Below are positions 18,670 through 28,845 of a stretch of 64,000 bases of DNA, one piece after another. Below the pieces are notes generated by a model. It was not told the DNA's origin, made no database searches, and worked only from the letters and a program-made list of their open reading frames with translations. Source of the DNA: Candidatus Omnitrophota bacterium (GTDB lineage Bacteria > Omnitrophota > Gorgyraeia > Gygaellales > Profunditerraquicolaceae); the NCBI GenBank assembly GCA_041651115.1, contig JBAZJY010000001.1, forward strand, positions 517,165-581,164, written 5' to 3'. Position 1 is the stretch's first letter. Every line of letters begins with the position of its first letter. The translations under genes were made by a program, and so were the position numbers.

Positions 18670-19296
18670 CTACGGCACATACTTCTTTATTAATGGCTCA
18701 ATTTCGCTGCAGAACGCCTTAATGCGGTTAAAAGCAGGAGATTGATCATCATCCTTTAGGGTTGCGGAAATCCTGATCATTGCCGAAGATGTCTTCTTCC
18801 TGAACATATGATCAATCGCAGCCTTAAGCTGCTGCCGAAAATAGCTGTAGGTGCTAAAATCTGTTGACTTAAACCAATAGACCACTAACTGCCGGAAATC
18901 TTTGTTTTCAATAACAAATCTGTTGGCACTGATAGAATCGGTTACCGGAACAACTGACTTCTCCGTGATTGTATTTGCTCCGCCGCCGGTATAACAGATC
19001 TCCGGAGGATGCGCTGCCTTTCTGTTATCCTGCGAATAAATTATATAAAGATTAACTTTATCCGCGGTTTTCTGATTTATATAATCCCTCATGATCAGGT
19101 TCCTTGTTTCAAGTATCTCGTAATCACGCTCACGCAAAGGAATGTCTGTCCCCTTCCACTCCCCTATTGTCATGGGAAAACTTGCCATTTGAACTTCGGG
19201 TGAGTTACTGCGTCCGAATGACGAATATGACAAAAAGCCCACAGCACATGCCAGCGCCAGCACACAAATAACAATGATAAAATTTTTATTGCTCAT
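18670..19296 (-). CDS. exosortase-associated EpsI-family protein
   Basis: About 200 aa, single N-terminal TM, immediately downstream of the exosortase as in XrtA/EpsH-EpsI loci. Confidence 0.55.
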   Translation of the reverse strand: MSNKNFIIVICVLALACAVGFLSYSSFGRSNSPEVQMASFPMTIGEWKGTDIPLRERDYEILETRNLIMRDYINQKTADKVNLYIIYSQDNRKAAHPPEICYTGGGANTITEKSVVPVTDSISANRFVIENKDFRQLVVYWFKSTDFSTYSYFRQQLKAAIDHMFRKKTSSAMIRISATLKDDDQSPAFNRIKAFCSEIEPLIKKYVP

Positions 19297-19305
19297 AAAT
19301 CACCC

Positions 19306-20118
19306 CTACTCTAATAATTTTCCCACCAGCATTAATCCTAAGAACGCAAAGACAAACACCAAAAGACCCATTGTATCGTGGAAAACACCCATTGCATATT
19401 TTTCCCCGTATATTTCACTCACTAAGGACAAAGATACTATCCTGATAATATTCGTCGCAACGGCAATTGGTATTGAAGAAATAAATAGTATTGTTCTTTT
19501 TGTCTTTGAAAGATCGCTAAAATACGCCATTAATGCGCCCAGGGCGATCAATGCAATTAATGATCTGATACCGGAGCAAGGATCCTCAACCATTAACCGC
19601 GAATGTGCTGTCTTTATTAAACTACCCTCTAGTATTGCCGGAACGCCTAATTTATTAATGATCAGCGTAGATGCCTGCGCGGCAAATATCTTCAACCGGA
19701 AACTCATATTTGCAATCGCAACCAGGGGTAAAGGTATCATAAAAGCAAGAAATGAGATCGGAAAAATCAATTGCCTTAAATAATCCTTGCCCAAAAATAT
19801 CAATACCAACCCGATTAACACCGGGAGCAAGGAAAACCCGGAAGTAAAATTCACCTGCCAGAGCATACTTACCAAATGCACAGCCATACCGCCGAGAAAA
19901 AAGATCCATCCGGAAGCAGCAGGATGAATTTTTAACTTGCTTAATTTATCCCGTTTAAGCCAAACTAAAAAAATACTGATAAACGGGACCAAAAACCCGT
20001 GGCTATAATAAGTATCTGCGACCGACCATCTGCCGATCATCCATTTAAATGCCGGGATATAAGAAAGTCCGACGATAGCGGCAATTACGGAGAGCTTTAT
20101 CAAGTCAGGCTTTTTCAT
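19306..20118 (-). CDS. exosortase (EpsH/Xrt family)
   Basis: Polytopic membrane protein with the N-terminal YYSHGFLVPFIS motif (exosortase YSHG signature); adjacent to EpsI and PEP-CTERM genes. Confidence 0.7.
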   Translation of the reverse strand: MKKPDLIKLSVIAAIVGLSYIPAFKWMIGRWSVADTYYSHGFLVPFISIFLVWLKRDKLSKLKIHPAASGWIFFLGGMAVHLVSMLWQVNFTSGFSLLPVLIGLVLIFLGKDYLRQLIFPISFLAFMIPLPLVAIANMSFRLKIFAAQASTLIINKLGVPAILEGSLIKTAHSRLMVEDPCSGIRSLIALIALGALMAYFSDLSKTKRTILFISSIPIAVATNIIRIVSLSLVSEIYGEKYAMGVFHDTMGLLVFVFAFLGLMLVGKLLE

Positions 20119-21173
20119 TATGTCCTCTCTTTTTTCTTGGTAAAATCAAGAAAACCAAGATTAGTTACTGCTCTTAAAGTTACTATTGCCGTAACGATCA
20201 ACGCGATAAATGCCCAGATACCCTGCATTCCGCTTAGGCCGATCGCGATCAAGCCAAAACAAAGTGTAAGAAAATATAGCTTAACGACTGCTTCCCGCTG
20301 CGAGCCTTCCTGAAAAAGCAGCTGGTGATGGATATGTTCTTTGTCCGGCTGAAATAACTTATTGCCCTTGATCATCCGCCGTAGGATCGCAATGCCTGTA
20401 TCTATTGCCGGAACGCCCATCGCAATGATCGGAACAAAAAAAGTAACAAAAGTTGCGCCCTTTTGCGCGCCTTCAATAGAAATTAGTGAAATAACAAAGC
20501 CAAGGAACATACTTCCGGTATCTCCCATAAATATCTTTGCCGGATAAAAATTATGCGGCAAGAATCCCAATGCGCTGCCGCAAAGCGCGATTGACAGAAC
20601 AGCGACGATCGGGTTGCCGGCTTTAACCGCGGCAAAAAACAGGCTTCCGGAAATGATCGCTCCTACTCCCGCTGCTAAACCGTCTAAACCATCAAGCAGG
20701 TTAATTGCATTGGTAAACCCAACTATCCAGAAAAGCGTCAAGCCAATGCCCAACAATGTCGGCGCGTCAAAATGGCCGCCGAACGGATTACTCACTCTTA
20801 TAATGTTAAAGCCTGCCAAAGAAGCGATCATCGCTGCCGAAAGTTGATAAAATAACTTTCTGCGCGCGCTCAAACCCTTAGTATCATCAGCTACGCCTAC
20901 TAAGAATATAATAAAGGAGCTTCCTAAAAGCCCCCAGAATTTAACCTGATGAAAAGATATACCGGCGTTGGCAGCAAAAAAGAGCAGCGAAACCACAAAT
21001 CCCACATAGATAGCGATCCCGCCTGCGCGCGGCATTGGCTTACGATTTACCCTTCTTGCATCAGGATAATCCATCCATCCCATTTTCAGGCTCAATAGCC
21101 TTACCAAAGGAGTCAAGAGAAAGGTAACGCCACTTGCCAACAATAAAACAGGTATATAAGGTTTAAAGTTCAT
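20118..21173 (-). CDS. undecaprenyl-phosphate sugar-1-phosphate transferase, MraY/WecA family (priming glycosyltransferase)
   Basis: VGVADDTKGL and NAINLLDGLDGLA motifs of the WecA/MraY family; start placed at MNFKPY (4-nt overlap with the upstream GT2 gene). Confidence 0.75.
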   Translation of the reverse strand: MNFKPYIPVLLLASGVTFLLTPLVRLLSLKMGWMDYPDARRVNRKPMPRAGGIAIYVGFVVSLLFFAANAGISFHQVKFWGLLGSSFIIFLVGVADDTKGLSARRKLFYQLSAAMIASLAGFNIIRVSNPFGGHFDAPTLLGIGLTLFWIVGFTNAINLLDGLDGLAAGVGAIISGSLFFAAVKAGNPIVAVLSIALCGSALGFLPHNFYPAKIFMGDTGSMFLGFVISLISIEGAQKGATFVTFFVPIIAMGVPAIDTGIAILRRMIKGNKLFQPDKEHIHHQLLFQEGSQREAVVKLYFLTLCFGLIAIGLSGMQGIWAFIALIVTAIVTLRAVTNLGFLDFTKKKERT

Positions 21174-22342
21174 TTTTTCACCATCCCTGCTGCCTGCCTT
21201 GTAGTCAAGGCCTTTTCCCACATCCTGGTCTGCTGATTGCGCAGCGAACGGTATAAAGCGATCATTGCCGCGAAATTCACCAGGCAAAAATAAAACGGAA
21301 TATAGAATATTTTTATTTTTCGTTTATGCCTTAAGAAAAGTCCTATGATTGCCAATCCATAAAAGAATGCCTGGAGAAAGAAAAATACGGCATAAAATCC
21401 GTTGTCTATAAGTAAAATATTACTTAAAAATGTCATGGTCAAAAAGAAAGAAACGCACCAACGCAGTAATTTATGGAACACGAATTCAAACAATCCTAAT
21501 GGCCCCAGCCGAAACAGCGCCTTCCTTAGTTTTATTGCCGCCTTGAATCCCTGGGCAACGATGCGTACCTTCTGATTAAATTCTTCTTTTACGCTCTGCG
21601 TAGCAACCTCAAAGACAACTGCCCTTGGCTCATATACGACTTTATAGCCTTTTGCCAGAATTAAGATCGGAATACTGAAATCATCAGCTACTTCAGGGTC
21701 GGGAAATGGGTACAATTCTTTTCTTACTGCCTGTATTGAGCCATTAGTTATGAGTAATTTACCAAGCCTACTTTCATATTTTTTGATGAAATTTTCATAT
21801 TTCCAATACAAATTCTCGCCTTTGCTTACCGAGGTCTTATCTGCCGTAGTATATGTAAGTTTACCACATACACAGCCAACTTTCTCATCAGCAAAACTAT
21901 GCACCAACTCAAACAAAGTATTATTACGCAGTATTGTATTGGCATCGGATAAAAACAATATCTCTCCTTGCGCTTCAGGCACTGCCTTATTTAGTGTCGC
22001 TACCTTACCTGCCCGCTCTTTAAAATCAAGTACCTTAATACGCGCATCTTTATGCCCTAAGATTATTTCTTTAGTCCTGTCAGTGCAGCCATCTAAAGCA
22101 AAAATAATCTCCAGTTTATCCTTAGGGTAGTCAAGGTGAAAAAGATTATCTATTTTACCCCCTATCACATCTTGCTCATTATGAAGAGCAATAATCAGAC
22201 TTACAAAAGGCGTTATATCCTCTTTTTTCGGCTTACATCCTCTGGTCTTTGCGATAATATAGATAATCAGAGGGTAAACAAAATAAATAAACGCCGTTAC
22301 CCCCAGCGAAAACCAAAATATCGTTTTAATTAAATGTTCCAT
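21170..22342 (-). CDS. membrane-bound family 2 glycosyltransferase
   Basis: GT-A fold with DGCTD (DxD) motif, N- and C-terminal TM segments. Confidence 0.75.
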   Translation of the reverse strand: MEHLIKTIFWFSLGVTAFIYFVYPLIIYIIAKTRGCKPKKEDITPFVSLIIALHNEQDVIGGKIDNLFHLDYPKDKLEIIFALDGCTDRTKEIILGHKDARIKVLDFKERAGKVATLNKAVPEAQGEILFLSDANTILRNNTLFELVHSFADEKVGCVCGKLTYTTADKTSVSKGENLYWKYENFIKKYESRLGKLLITNGSIQAVRKELYPFPDPEVADDFSIPILILAKGYKVVYEPRAVVFEVATQSVKEEFNQKVRIVAQGFKAAIKLRKALFRLGPLGLFEFVFHKLLRWCVSFFLTMTFLSNILLIDNGFYAVFFFLQAFFYGLAIIGLFLRHKRKIKIFYIPFYFCLVNFAAMIALYRSLRNQQTRMWEKALTTRQAAGMVKK

Positions 22343-22350
22343 TGTCTATA

Positions 22351-22429
22351 TAGGGACGGTTCTGCGGGCAAAGGGAAAAGTGTCCTGTTTTTTAGGGACA
22401 CTTTTCGCTTTGGCCCAGAACCGTCCCTA
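22351..22429. repeat. nested TAGGGAC-family palindromic element
   Basis: Outer arms tagggacggttctgcgggcaaag / ctttggcccagaaccgtcccta with inner arms aaaagtgtcc / ggacactttt; overlaps the last 11 codons and stop of the GT4 gene at 22392. Confidence 0.75.
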
Positions 22430-23558
22430 ACGATTTAAATACTACTTTCCAATCATACTTTTCTTCAACAAGCCTGCGTCCATTCTCCCCCAATTTCAAC
22501 CGCAAACCTTCATCCTGCAATAATTCTATAACTGCCTGCGCAAAATCTTTTGGATTATCTCTAATCAAAAGGTGCTCCGCGTCTTTTACCTCCAGCCCTT
22601 CGCAGCCTACAGAAGTCGTAACTATCGCTTTCCTCATACTCATTGCCTCTAAGATCTTCAGACGTGTACCGCTGCCGATCCTAAGTGGTACGATATAAAC
22701 AGAAGCTTTACCCATAAACTCGCGCACGTCATCTACAAACCCGGTAACCAAAATATTATTATCTCTTTGCGCCAATGATTTAATTCTGGCTGACGGCCTA
22801 TCGCCTACTATCCAAAGTTTTACTTCTGGGACAATCTTTTTGACCACTGGCAGAATTTGCTCGCTAAAATAAACAAGGCCATCTTCATTAGGATACCATC
22901 CGATCTGCCCGGTATAAACTAGGGTATTCGCTTCAACCGGATATGACCCGGGGCTAAAATATTGCAGATCAACACCATTATTAACCGTGATTACCCTTTC
23001 TTCACCAACAACAGCCTCTATCGCTTTCTTATCAACATCAGAACAGGCAATACAATAATTGAATTTACCCCACATCTTTTTCTGCAGCAGCTTAAATTTA
23101 AGATATTCCATATAAGCGAATATTTTCTTAAAGATATTGCGCTCTAAACGCGCGTACCTTCCGGCTATTGTCGCTTCAATATTATGTTCATAAAGCACCT
23201 TAACGCCGGTTACGTCAAAAGGAATATTTAAAGATCTATGAATCCCATCACAAATAATAAGATCAACCGGATTTTCCTTGCAGCGCTGTCTGATTTCCTG
23301 TCTAACCTTATTATCCGTTCTTATTTTCACCGAAAAAGGGACAAGCGAAAGCAGGCTTGAGATAAAAATTATAACTTTTTGAATGATATTCTTCTTCAAC
23401 TCGCCATTAACGAGGGCAACATCATTGGAGACGGATCCCCGAAGGGGGCCTGTCCCCTTCTTCAAATAATCAACAAGATAATAATTCCGCTTTTTATATC
23501 CATTAACCGGCGGACTAGGATTATCTCTAACCAGAAATATTGCTCTCATATTATTCAA
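22392..23558 (-). CDS. family 4 (GT-B) glycosyltransferase
   Basis: C-terminal GT1/GT4 motif RIGSGTRLKILEAMSMRKAIVTT..GCEGLEV. Confidence 0.8.
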   Translation of the reverse strand: MNNMRAIFLVRDNPSPPVNGYKKRNYYLVDYLKKGTGPLRGSVSNDVALVNGELKKNIIQKVIIFISSLLSLVPFSVKIRTDNKVRQEIRQRCKENPVDLIICDGIHRSLNIPFDVTGVKVLYEHNIEATIAGRYARLERNIFKKIFAYMEYLKFKLLQKKMWGKFNYCIACSDVDKKAIEAVVGEERVITVNNGVDLQYFSPGSYPVEANTLVYTGQIGWYPNEDGLVYFSEQILPVVKKIVPEVKLWIVGDRPSARIKSLAQRDNNILVTGFVDDVREFMGKASVYIVPLRIGSGTRLKILEAMSMRKAIVTTSVGCEGLEVKDAEHLLIRDNPKDFAQAVIELLQDEGLRLKLGENGRRLVEEKYDWKVVFKSLGTVLGQSEKCP

Positions 23559-25362
23559 TTAACTCCAATTTAATATCATCAAACCACGCCGTACCCTTGC
23601 CTACCAATTGTGCATCCAGATATTGAACCGTATTTCCTTCCCGCGGACTAAAAACTACCTCTACCTGCTTCCAATCTCCCGTACCATATAGCCCATCTGT
23701 TCCGAAGTAGCCGTCATCGCCGCCTTCGTACTTAACTTTAATACGAACAAAAGCAGAGTTTCCTACATCTTTAGTTTTTATCCAAGCTGAAAACTTATAC
23801 TTGTATTCTGGTTTTAGAGTAAAATTGGGGCTTTGCACTGCGACACCTACCGACCCCCATCCCTCATCTGGACCGCCCTGTATTTTCACCGAAAACTTTC
23901 CGCTGTGCCTGACTGAAGAATCAATGCTCGCCCTGCTTTTACCTTTCCATGCCTGCAACGCCCATTTTTGCTGGCCATCCTCAAAATCTCCATTAGGGAT
24001 AGGTATCGATACTGCTTTTTGAATTGCCTCGCCGATATTGGAAACTTTTTCTTTTTTAGGTGTCAATAAACCGTCAAATTCAGGCGTAAAATCCGTAAGT
24101 CCCAAAGCATACGCATATACCATTTTATTAGCCTGGGTTATTAGCTGCACTGCTTCAGTGTATGGCTCATCCTGATCATTAACTAGTCCCCAATTGGCGG
24201 CTTTTGCGTCATAGCACTTCCTTGGCGGGTCAAAATACTGAAACCAATGCATCCCTACGATCTCAGGATATGCAGCAACCTTGGCCATATACCTCCAATA
24301 ACTTACGCCTCTGTCTCGCTGAGTTCTCACAACACCATACGGCAAGCCCGTATCCTGCGCTGCAATCAAAACGCCAAGCATAATTGGTTTCTGAACATAT
24401 TTATATATTTCCCCAATTGTTTCATCAAATTTTTGATCAATCACATATCCTTGGTTTAAACCGTAAGCACTTATAGCAAATATATCACAGTATTTGCCAA
24501 TCCCCGCCACAACTTCCGGATAAAAACGCGTTGGCCTACTACCCAGAATCATATGATATTTATCATATTCCCTTAAGGTATCATGTAGGATTTTTGAAAA
24601 CTGCTCTGCAATAACCCTTAAGAATTCAAGCTTATCCTGTTCGGTGGCCTGACCGCTTTCTCCATATTTAGCCTTTATAAACTCAAGCCATGCCTTTTTC
24701 CCTGGCCTTGAGTCATCTAAAGCTATAAAATCATCAGTTAGTGATCCTCTCCTGACTTTACTACCGTACCATGCAGGTTCATCCGCTAAAAAATAACCCA
24801 ACAACCATGGATCATCAATCAGGTATGGCTGGTTTTTGAATACGGACTCCATTTTTTCCTTACAGCCATCTTTAAAATCCTGAGAAAATACATCGGGAAA
24901 ATAGCCATAGTTACCCTTTGGAATCACATTTTCTGCTTTATTGGATAAATTAATTCCAATCACATAGGTTAATCCTGGCTCCCTGTAAATACTCTCCGAT
25001 GACCAATCGCCAATAGTATTAAACCCCCATTTATAAAGCTGCATCCGGGTAGCATTTGCCCACCCATGTTCATTTCCATATTTTTTAAAACATGCGTCTC
25101 GATATACACGCTTATCCGTTCCTGTCTCAGGAATGCCCCCAATCCTTACGCAATACATTCCGATAGACCAAAATGCATTACCTTCCGGAGTGATTATCCA
25201 CCAACGATTATTTATTTTTTCGGTATGAAACACTCCTGTCTTGAAACCTTTGACACCAGCCCATCCGCCATATTTATCAAATTTTTCTTCTCCAGCAGAT
25301 ACATTACGAATGGCAAAAAACAATGATAAGCTAATAATTAAGCTAACTATAATTTTTTTCAT
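23551..25362 (-). CDS. secreted putative polysaccharide hydrolase with C-terminal CBM4/9-like carbohydrate-binding domain
   Basis: Signal peptide (start at MKKIIVSL); C-terminal NGDFEDG...W beta-sandwich signature; N-terminal TIM-barrel-like GH region is unclassified. Confidence 0.5.
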   Translation of the reverse strand: MKKIIVSLIISLSLFFAIRNVSAGEEKFDKYGGWAGVKGFKTGVFHTEKINNRWWIITPEGNAFWSIGMYCVRIGGIPETGTDKRVYRDACFKKYGNEHGWANATRMQLYKWGFNTIGDWSSESIYREPGLTYVIGINLSNKAENVIPKGNYGYFPDVFSQDFKDGCKEKMESVFKNQPYLIDDPWLLGYFLADEPAWYGSKVRRGSLTDDFIALDDSRPGKKAWLEFIKAKYGESGQATEQDKLEFLRVIAEQFSKILHDTLREYDKYHMILGSRPTRFYPEVVAGIGKYCDIFAISAYGLNQGYVIDQKFDETIGEIYKYVQKPIMLGVLIAAQDTGLPYGVVRTQRDRGVSYWRYMAKVAAYPEIVGMHWFQYFDPPRKCYDAKAANWGLVNDQDEPYTEAVQLITQANKMVYAYALGLTDFTPEFDGLLTPKKEKVSNIGEAIQKAVSIPIPNGDFEDGQQKWALQAWKGKSRASIDSSVRHSGKFSVKIQGGPDEGWGSVGVAVQSPNFTLKPEYKYKFSAWIKTKDVGNSAFVRIKVKYEGGDDGYFGTDGLYGTGDWKQVEVVFSPREGNTVQYLDAQLVGKGTAWFDDIKLELIE

Positions 25363-26575
25363 ATATCCTTTCCAATGCTGTGGACATAAAAATAAAAAAC
25401 CAGAGAATCCGATCCTGTTGCGCATGCAAGAAGATCCCAGCAATTAAGAACCCAACTAATCCGAGATAAAACCCTTTAGCGTACCCACCAAGATCAGATT
25501 TAGATTTTATTATTCGATTTAAACCCCTAAAAGTATAAAAAATTATACCCAAAAATAGAAAAATCCCGATTGTCCCTAACTCTGCCATCATCTCAAGATA
25601 CATATTATGCGCCCGACCCGGATAAACTGGCGCATAATTACGATTTTCATAATAATAATTTCCTACCCCAATACCAAACAAAGGGTGAGCTAGGAATATT
25701 CTCCAAGCAGCTTGAGATAAATAGTACCGACGCGTAGTAGAATCAATATCGCCTTCACCAGTACCATATGCATTAGCGCTTACTTGTATTTTTCCGAAAC
25801 GCTCACGTAACGTTTGGGGCATCGCACTTAGAAAAATCGCTACTGTAATGCAAACTAATATAATTGTAATTATTTTCCTTTTGGCTTTGAAAACTAAAAT
25901 TAAAAACATCCCTCCTAGACCAACCATACCACCACGAGAAACTGTAAAGACTAATGCAAATAAGATCGTGGCTGCTATTCCAGATAAAATTATTTTTAAA
26001 ACTTTATTTTTTTCAACTAAAAACATATAGAATGTAACCGCAATAAATGGCAGGGTCATAATGGCAAATTCGTTTGGACCGTAACCTGTTCCTCCCGCTC
26101 TGCCTAACCCTGAATAAGATAGCACAGTTTGAATGCAAATAAAAAACATCGCGATTGCGATAAACCAAAGTACTAACTTGAATTGCTTAATTTTATGTAG
26201 CAAAATGATTATAGCTACCCCTAGAATCGCACTTGAAGTAAACATCGTGAAATTTTCTCGGGAAGCAAATCCCGGTTGGGTAACACCGGAAATGAACACC
26301 CAAATTAAAAACAGAAAAAAGTAGCGTATTTGTGGCTTTTTAAAAAAATTCCAGGCTCCACTTCTCCCGCCGTAATGCATTAAAGTTGATATAAAGGTCA
26401 GGCTTCCGATAATTTTAATCGGAGTCACCATGGTAAATAACCCAAGGAAACTGCCTCCTAATGTTTGTTGCGTTGATATAGGAATCAAAATAACCGTAAG
26501 CGCCAAACCAAATATTGGGCTTGCGAAGATTCCTATCGCTAACACTATGCCAACTACAATAAAAATCAGGTTCAT
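25343..26575 (-). CDS. O-antigen ligase/polymerase-like membrane protein (exosortase-locus associated)
   Basis: About 10 TM segments with a central periplasmic loop, Wzy/WaaL-like topology. Confidence 0.6.
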   Translation of the reverse strand: MNLIFIVVGIVLAIGIFASPIFGLALTVILIPISTQQTLGGSFLGLFTMVTPIKIIGSLTFISTLMHYGGRSGAWNFFKKPQIRYFFLFLIWVFISGVTQPGFASRENFTMFTSSAILGVAIIILLHKIKQFKLVLWFIAIAMFFICIQTVLSYSGLGRAGGTGYGPNEFAIMTLPFIAVTFYMFLVEKNKVLKIILSGIAATILFALVFTVSRGGMVGLGGMFLILVFKAKRKIITIILVCITVAIFLSAMPQTLRERFGKIQVSANAYGTGEGDIDSTTRRYYLSQAAWRIFLAHPLFGIGVGNYYYENRNYAPVYPGRAHNMYLEMMAELGTIGIFLFLGIIFYTFRGLNRIIKSKSDLGGYAKGFYLGLVGFLIAGIFLHAQQDRILWFFIFMSTALERIYEKNYS

Positions 26576-28845
26576 TCTTTCACCTTGCTTACTACGATTG
26601 AATACAATTGTTCGGTTCTATCTATTTGCTTCCTGATATCAAATCTTTCTTCAATGTGCCTTCTTGCATTTTCTCCAAAACCTTTAGCTAATTCTCTATT
26701 CTTAAGAAATATTTCAATCCCTTCTTTTAGGGCTATGCTATCTTTAGCAGGAACAATAAGCCCTGTTTTATCATTAACTACCGCTTCCGGACTACCGTCA
26801 ACATTAGTTGCGATTACCGGCTTGCCCATCGCACCCGCTTCCAGCGCCACTAATGGGAGCCCTTCGTATAATGAAGGTAAAACTAACAAATCAATCTCCT
26901 TTAATACATTCTCAATATCTCTTCTGTATCCCACAAATTCTACCCTCTCGGAGATTCCCAACCTTTTAGCTTGCCTCTCAAGCTCATTTCTTAAACTGCC
27001 ATCACCTGCTATTAAGAATTTTACATCATCGTATTTACCATCCAAGAGACTAACTGCATCCAAAAAATATTTATGCCCTTTTTGCGGCTCTAACCTGCCG
27101 ATTACCCCTATCGTAAATAGGGACTGTCCCCGTAGGGGACTGTCCCTATTTACAGAAGGCTTGAACCTTGCCAGGTCAATCCCGTTATGAATAACTTCTA
27201 TTTTCTTCTCATCTAATTCTTTTTCATTGACCAGATAACTTTTTACCGCATTAGAAACCGCGATAATCTTATCCACAAAACGATAAAAAAATCTATCTAC
27301 AAAATATGACCTTTTAATTCCTTTTCGCCACGCCTCCCTTAAATGGCTAGTATCTATTACGACCGGGATACCCGCTAATTTTGCCAATGGCGCGGCAAAA
27401 CGAGTGGCAAAAAATAAATGTGAATGCACAATATCCGGTTTTTCTTCTTTAAGAATACCCATGAACTTCTTTATTTCACTTAAATTACGCCAACGCCTTA
27501 TATCAACAGAATAAAATTTTATTTGTAGCCTTTCCAGATCCGGCTTTATTTGCTCGATCAGTTGCCGCGGACATATAAGAATCGGTTCAAACTGCGTCTT
27601 ATCCAATCCTTCAATTAACCGTAGCACATGTTCCTCTACCCCCGCCCTTACTACTGAATTAAGGAAATACAATACTTTTAGGGACTGTCCCCGTAGGGGA
27701 CTGTCCCTAAAAGCCATCAACTTAAAGAAATCTTTTACATCGTCTATCTTTTGCTCTATCTTTTGGTTACTCACCAATACTGCATCCATCGTGCTATTTT
27801 TAATATCAAACCCATGCATTCCTTGTGGCTGCCTGTTCCCCATAAAACTCGGGTTTATCACTACCCCGGCATCCATCAAAAATATAACTTCGCCATACAT
27901 ATCATTGCTGAAATCAATGCCCAATTCTTTGATTTCATTTTCCGGTAATATCCGGCCATAGCTCTTGGTTTTGAGCACATCTAGGATCGCGCTTTTGGCT
28001 TTCTGATTAAAAAACCAGAAACGCGCCATAGTGGAATCATAAAATGGAACATAATCATTCGGGGCCGTAAATCTAAGCTTCTCGATCTCTGCTTTAAGGT
28101 TTTCACTCTTTTCCACTGGGGCCATGCCATGGTCAGAGAAGATATATAGATTTACATGCCTTGACTTGTCTTTTGCGATCCGGTAAAGGTCCTTGATCTC
28201 TCCTTCATATCCATCTATCGCAGCATTAACCTTTGCCCTATCTTTGCAGGACGAATGCAATAAGGCATCAAATTCTGACAAATACAAGAAATAAAAATCA
28301 CTTTCGCGCTTTTCAATGCTTTCCTTTGCGCCGGTAATGATCTCTTTATCTTTAAGCGGATATGCGAAACAACGGTAACCAGCTCCTTCTTTTTCCAAGA
28401 TATCAAAGATGGTTTCTGCCTCTTCTATACCTTTAGAAGCGTAGATGTTCTTTCTCTCACAGATATCATACAAATAAAGCTGCGCAACAGGAATAAGATA
28501 TGTTTCAAAATAACCCGTATAGCCCATCAAGTGCTTGGATATTTCTTCAATAATTTTGCGCGTTATCCGTAAATTCAAAACTGCATCCGGAAGCCAAAGC
28601 AGCGCCTTAGTCCATCTAAATGGCGAAGTCTTAGGTGAATAAAAATAAAGTGACCAGTGTTTGTGCTCCTGCGGATACTTGCCGGTCAATATTGAAGGGA
28701 TGACCCCGCTGGAAAAGCCCAAAATGCTTTTTACCGGCATTTTCGTAACCGCGATATTATTTAAAAAATGCCTATCCCGGATATATTCCCATCCTAGGGC
28801 ATCAATAAGGATAAATATATTAGTTATTTTATTCGTGTTTTCCAT
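26572..28845 (-). CDS. fusion protein: alkaline-phosphatase-superfamily phosphodiesterase domain + family 4 glycosyltransferase
   Basis: N-terminal half has the AlkP/nucleotide-pyrophosphatase-like ILIDALGWEY motif; C-terminal half (from KVLYFLNSVVRAGVEEHV) is GT-B with EGLPLVALEAGAMGKPVIAT; two in-frame repeat-encoded RDSPLRGQSL peptides. Confidence 0.7.
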   Translation of the reverse strand: MENTNKITNIFILIDALGWEYIRDRHFLNNIAVTKMPVKSILGFSSGVIPSILTGKYPQEHKHWSLYFYSPKTSPFRWTKALLWLPDAVLNLRITRKIIEEISKHLMGYTGYFETYLIPVAQLYLYDICERKNIYASKGIEEAETIFDILEKEGAGYRCFAYPLKDKEIITGAKESIEKRESDFYFLYLSEFDALLHSSCKDRAKVNAAIDGYEGEIKDLYRIAKDKSRHVNLYIFSDHGMAPVEKSENLKAEIEKLRFTAPNDYVPFYDSTMARFWFFNQKAKSAILDVLKTKSYGRILPENEIKELGIDFSNDMYGEVIFLMDAGVVINPSFMGNRQPQGMHGFDIKNSTMDAVLVSNQKIEQKIDDVKDFFKLMAFRDSPLRGQSLKVLYFLNSVVRAGVEEHVLRLIEGLDKTQFEPILICPRQLIEQIKPDLERLQIKFYSVDIRRWRNLSEIKKFMGILKEEKPDIVHSHLFFATRFAAPLAKLAGIPVVIDTSHLREAWRKGIKRSYFVDRFFYRFVDKIIAVSNAVKSYLVNEKELDEKKIEVIHNGIDLARFKPSVNRDSPLRGQSLFTIGVIGRLEPQKGHKYFLDAVSLLDGKYDDVKFLIAGDGSLRNELERQAKRLGISERVEFVGYRRDIENVLKEIDLLVLPSLYEGLPLVALEAGAMGKPVIATNVDGSPEAVVNDKTGLIVPAKDSIALKEGIEIFLKNRELAKGFGENARRHIEERFDIRKQIDRTEQLYSIVVSKVKE
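27118..27148. repeat. 31-nt tandem-REP-like palindrome TAGGGACTGTCCCCGTAGGGGACTGTCCCTA inside the GT4 interdomain linker, in frame
   Basis: Identical to the copy at 27679-27709; translated on the minus strand as RDSPLRGQSL. Confidence 0.85.
27679..27709. repeat. 31-nt tandem-REP-like palindrome at the AlkP-GT4 domain junction, in frame
   Basis: Exact duplicate of 27118-27148 with AT-rich inverted flanks. Confidence 0.85.
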
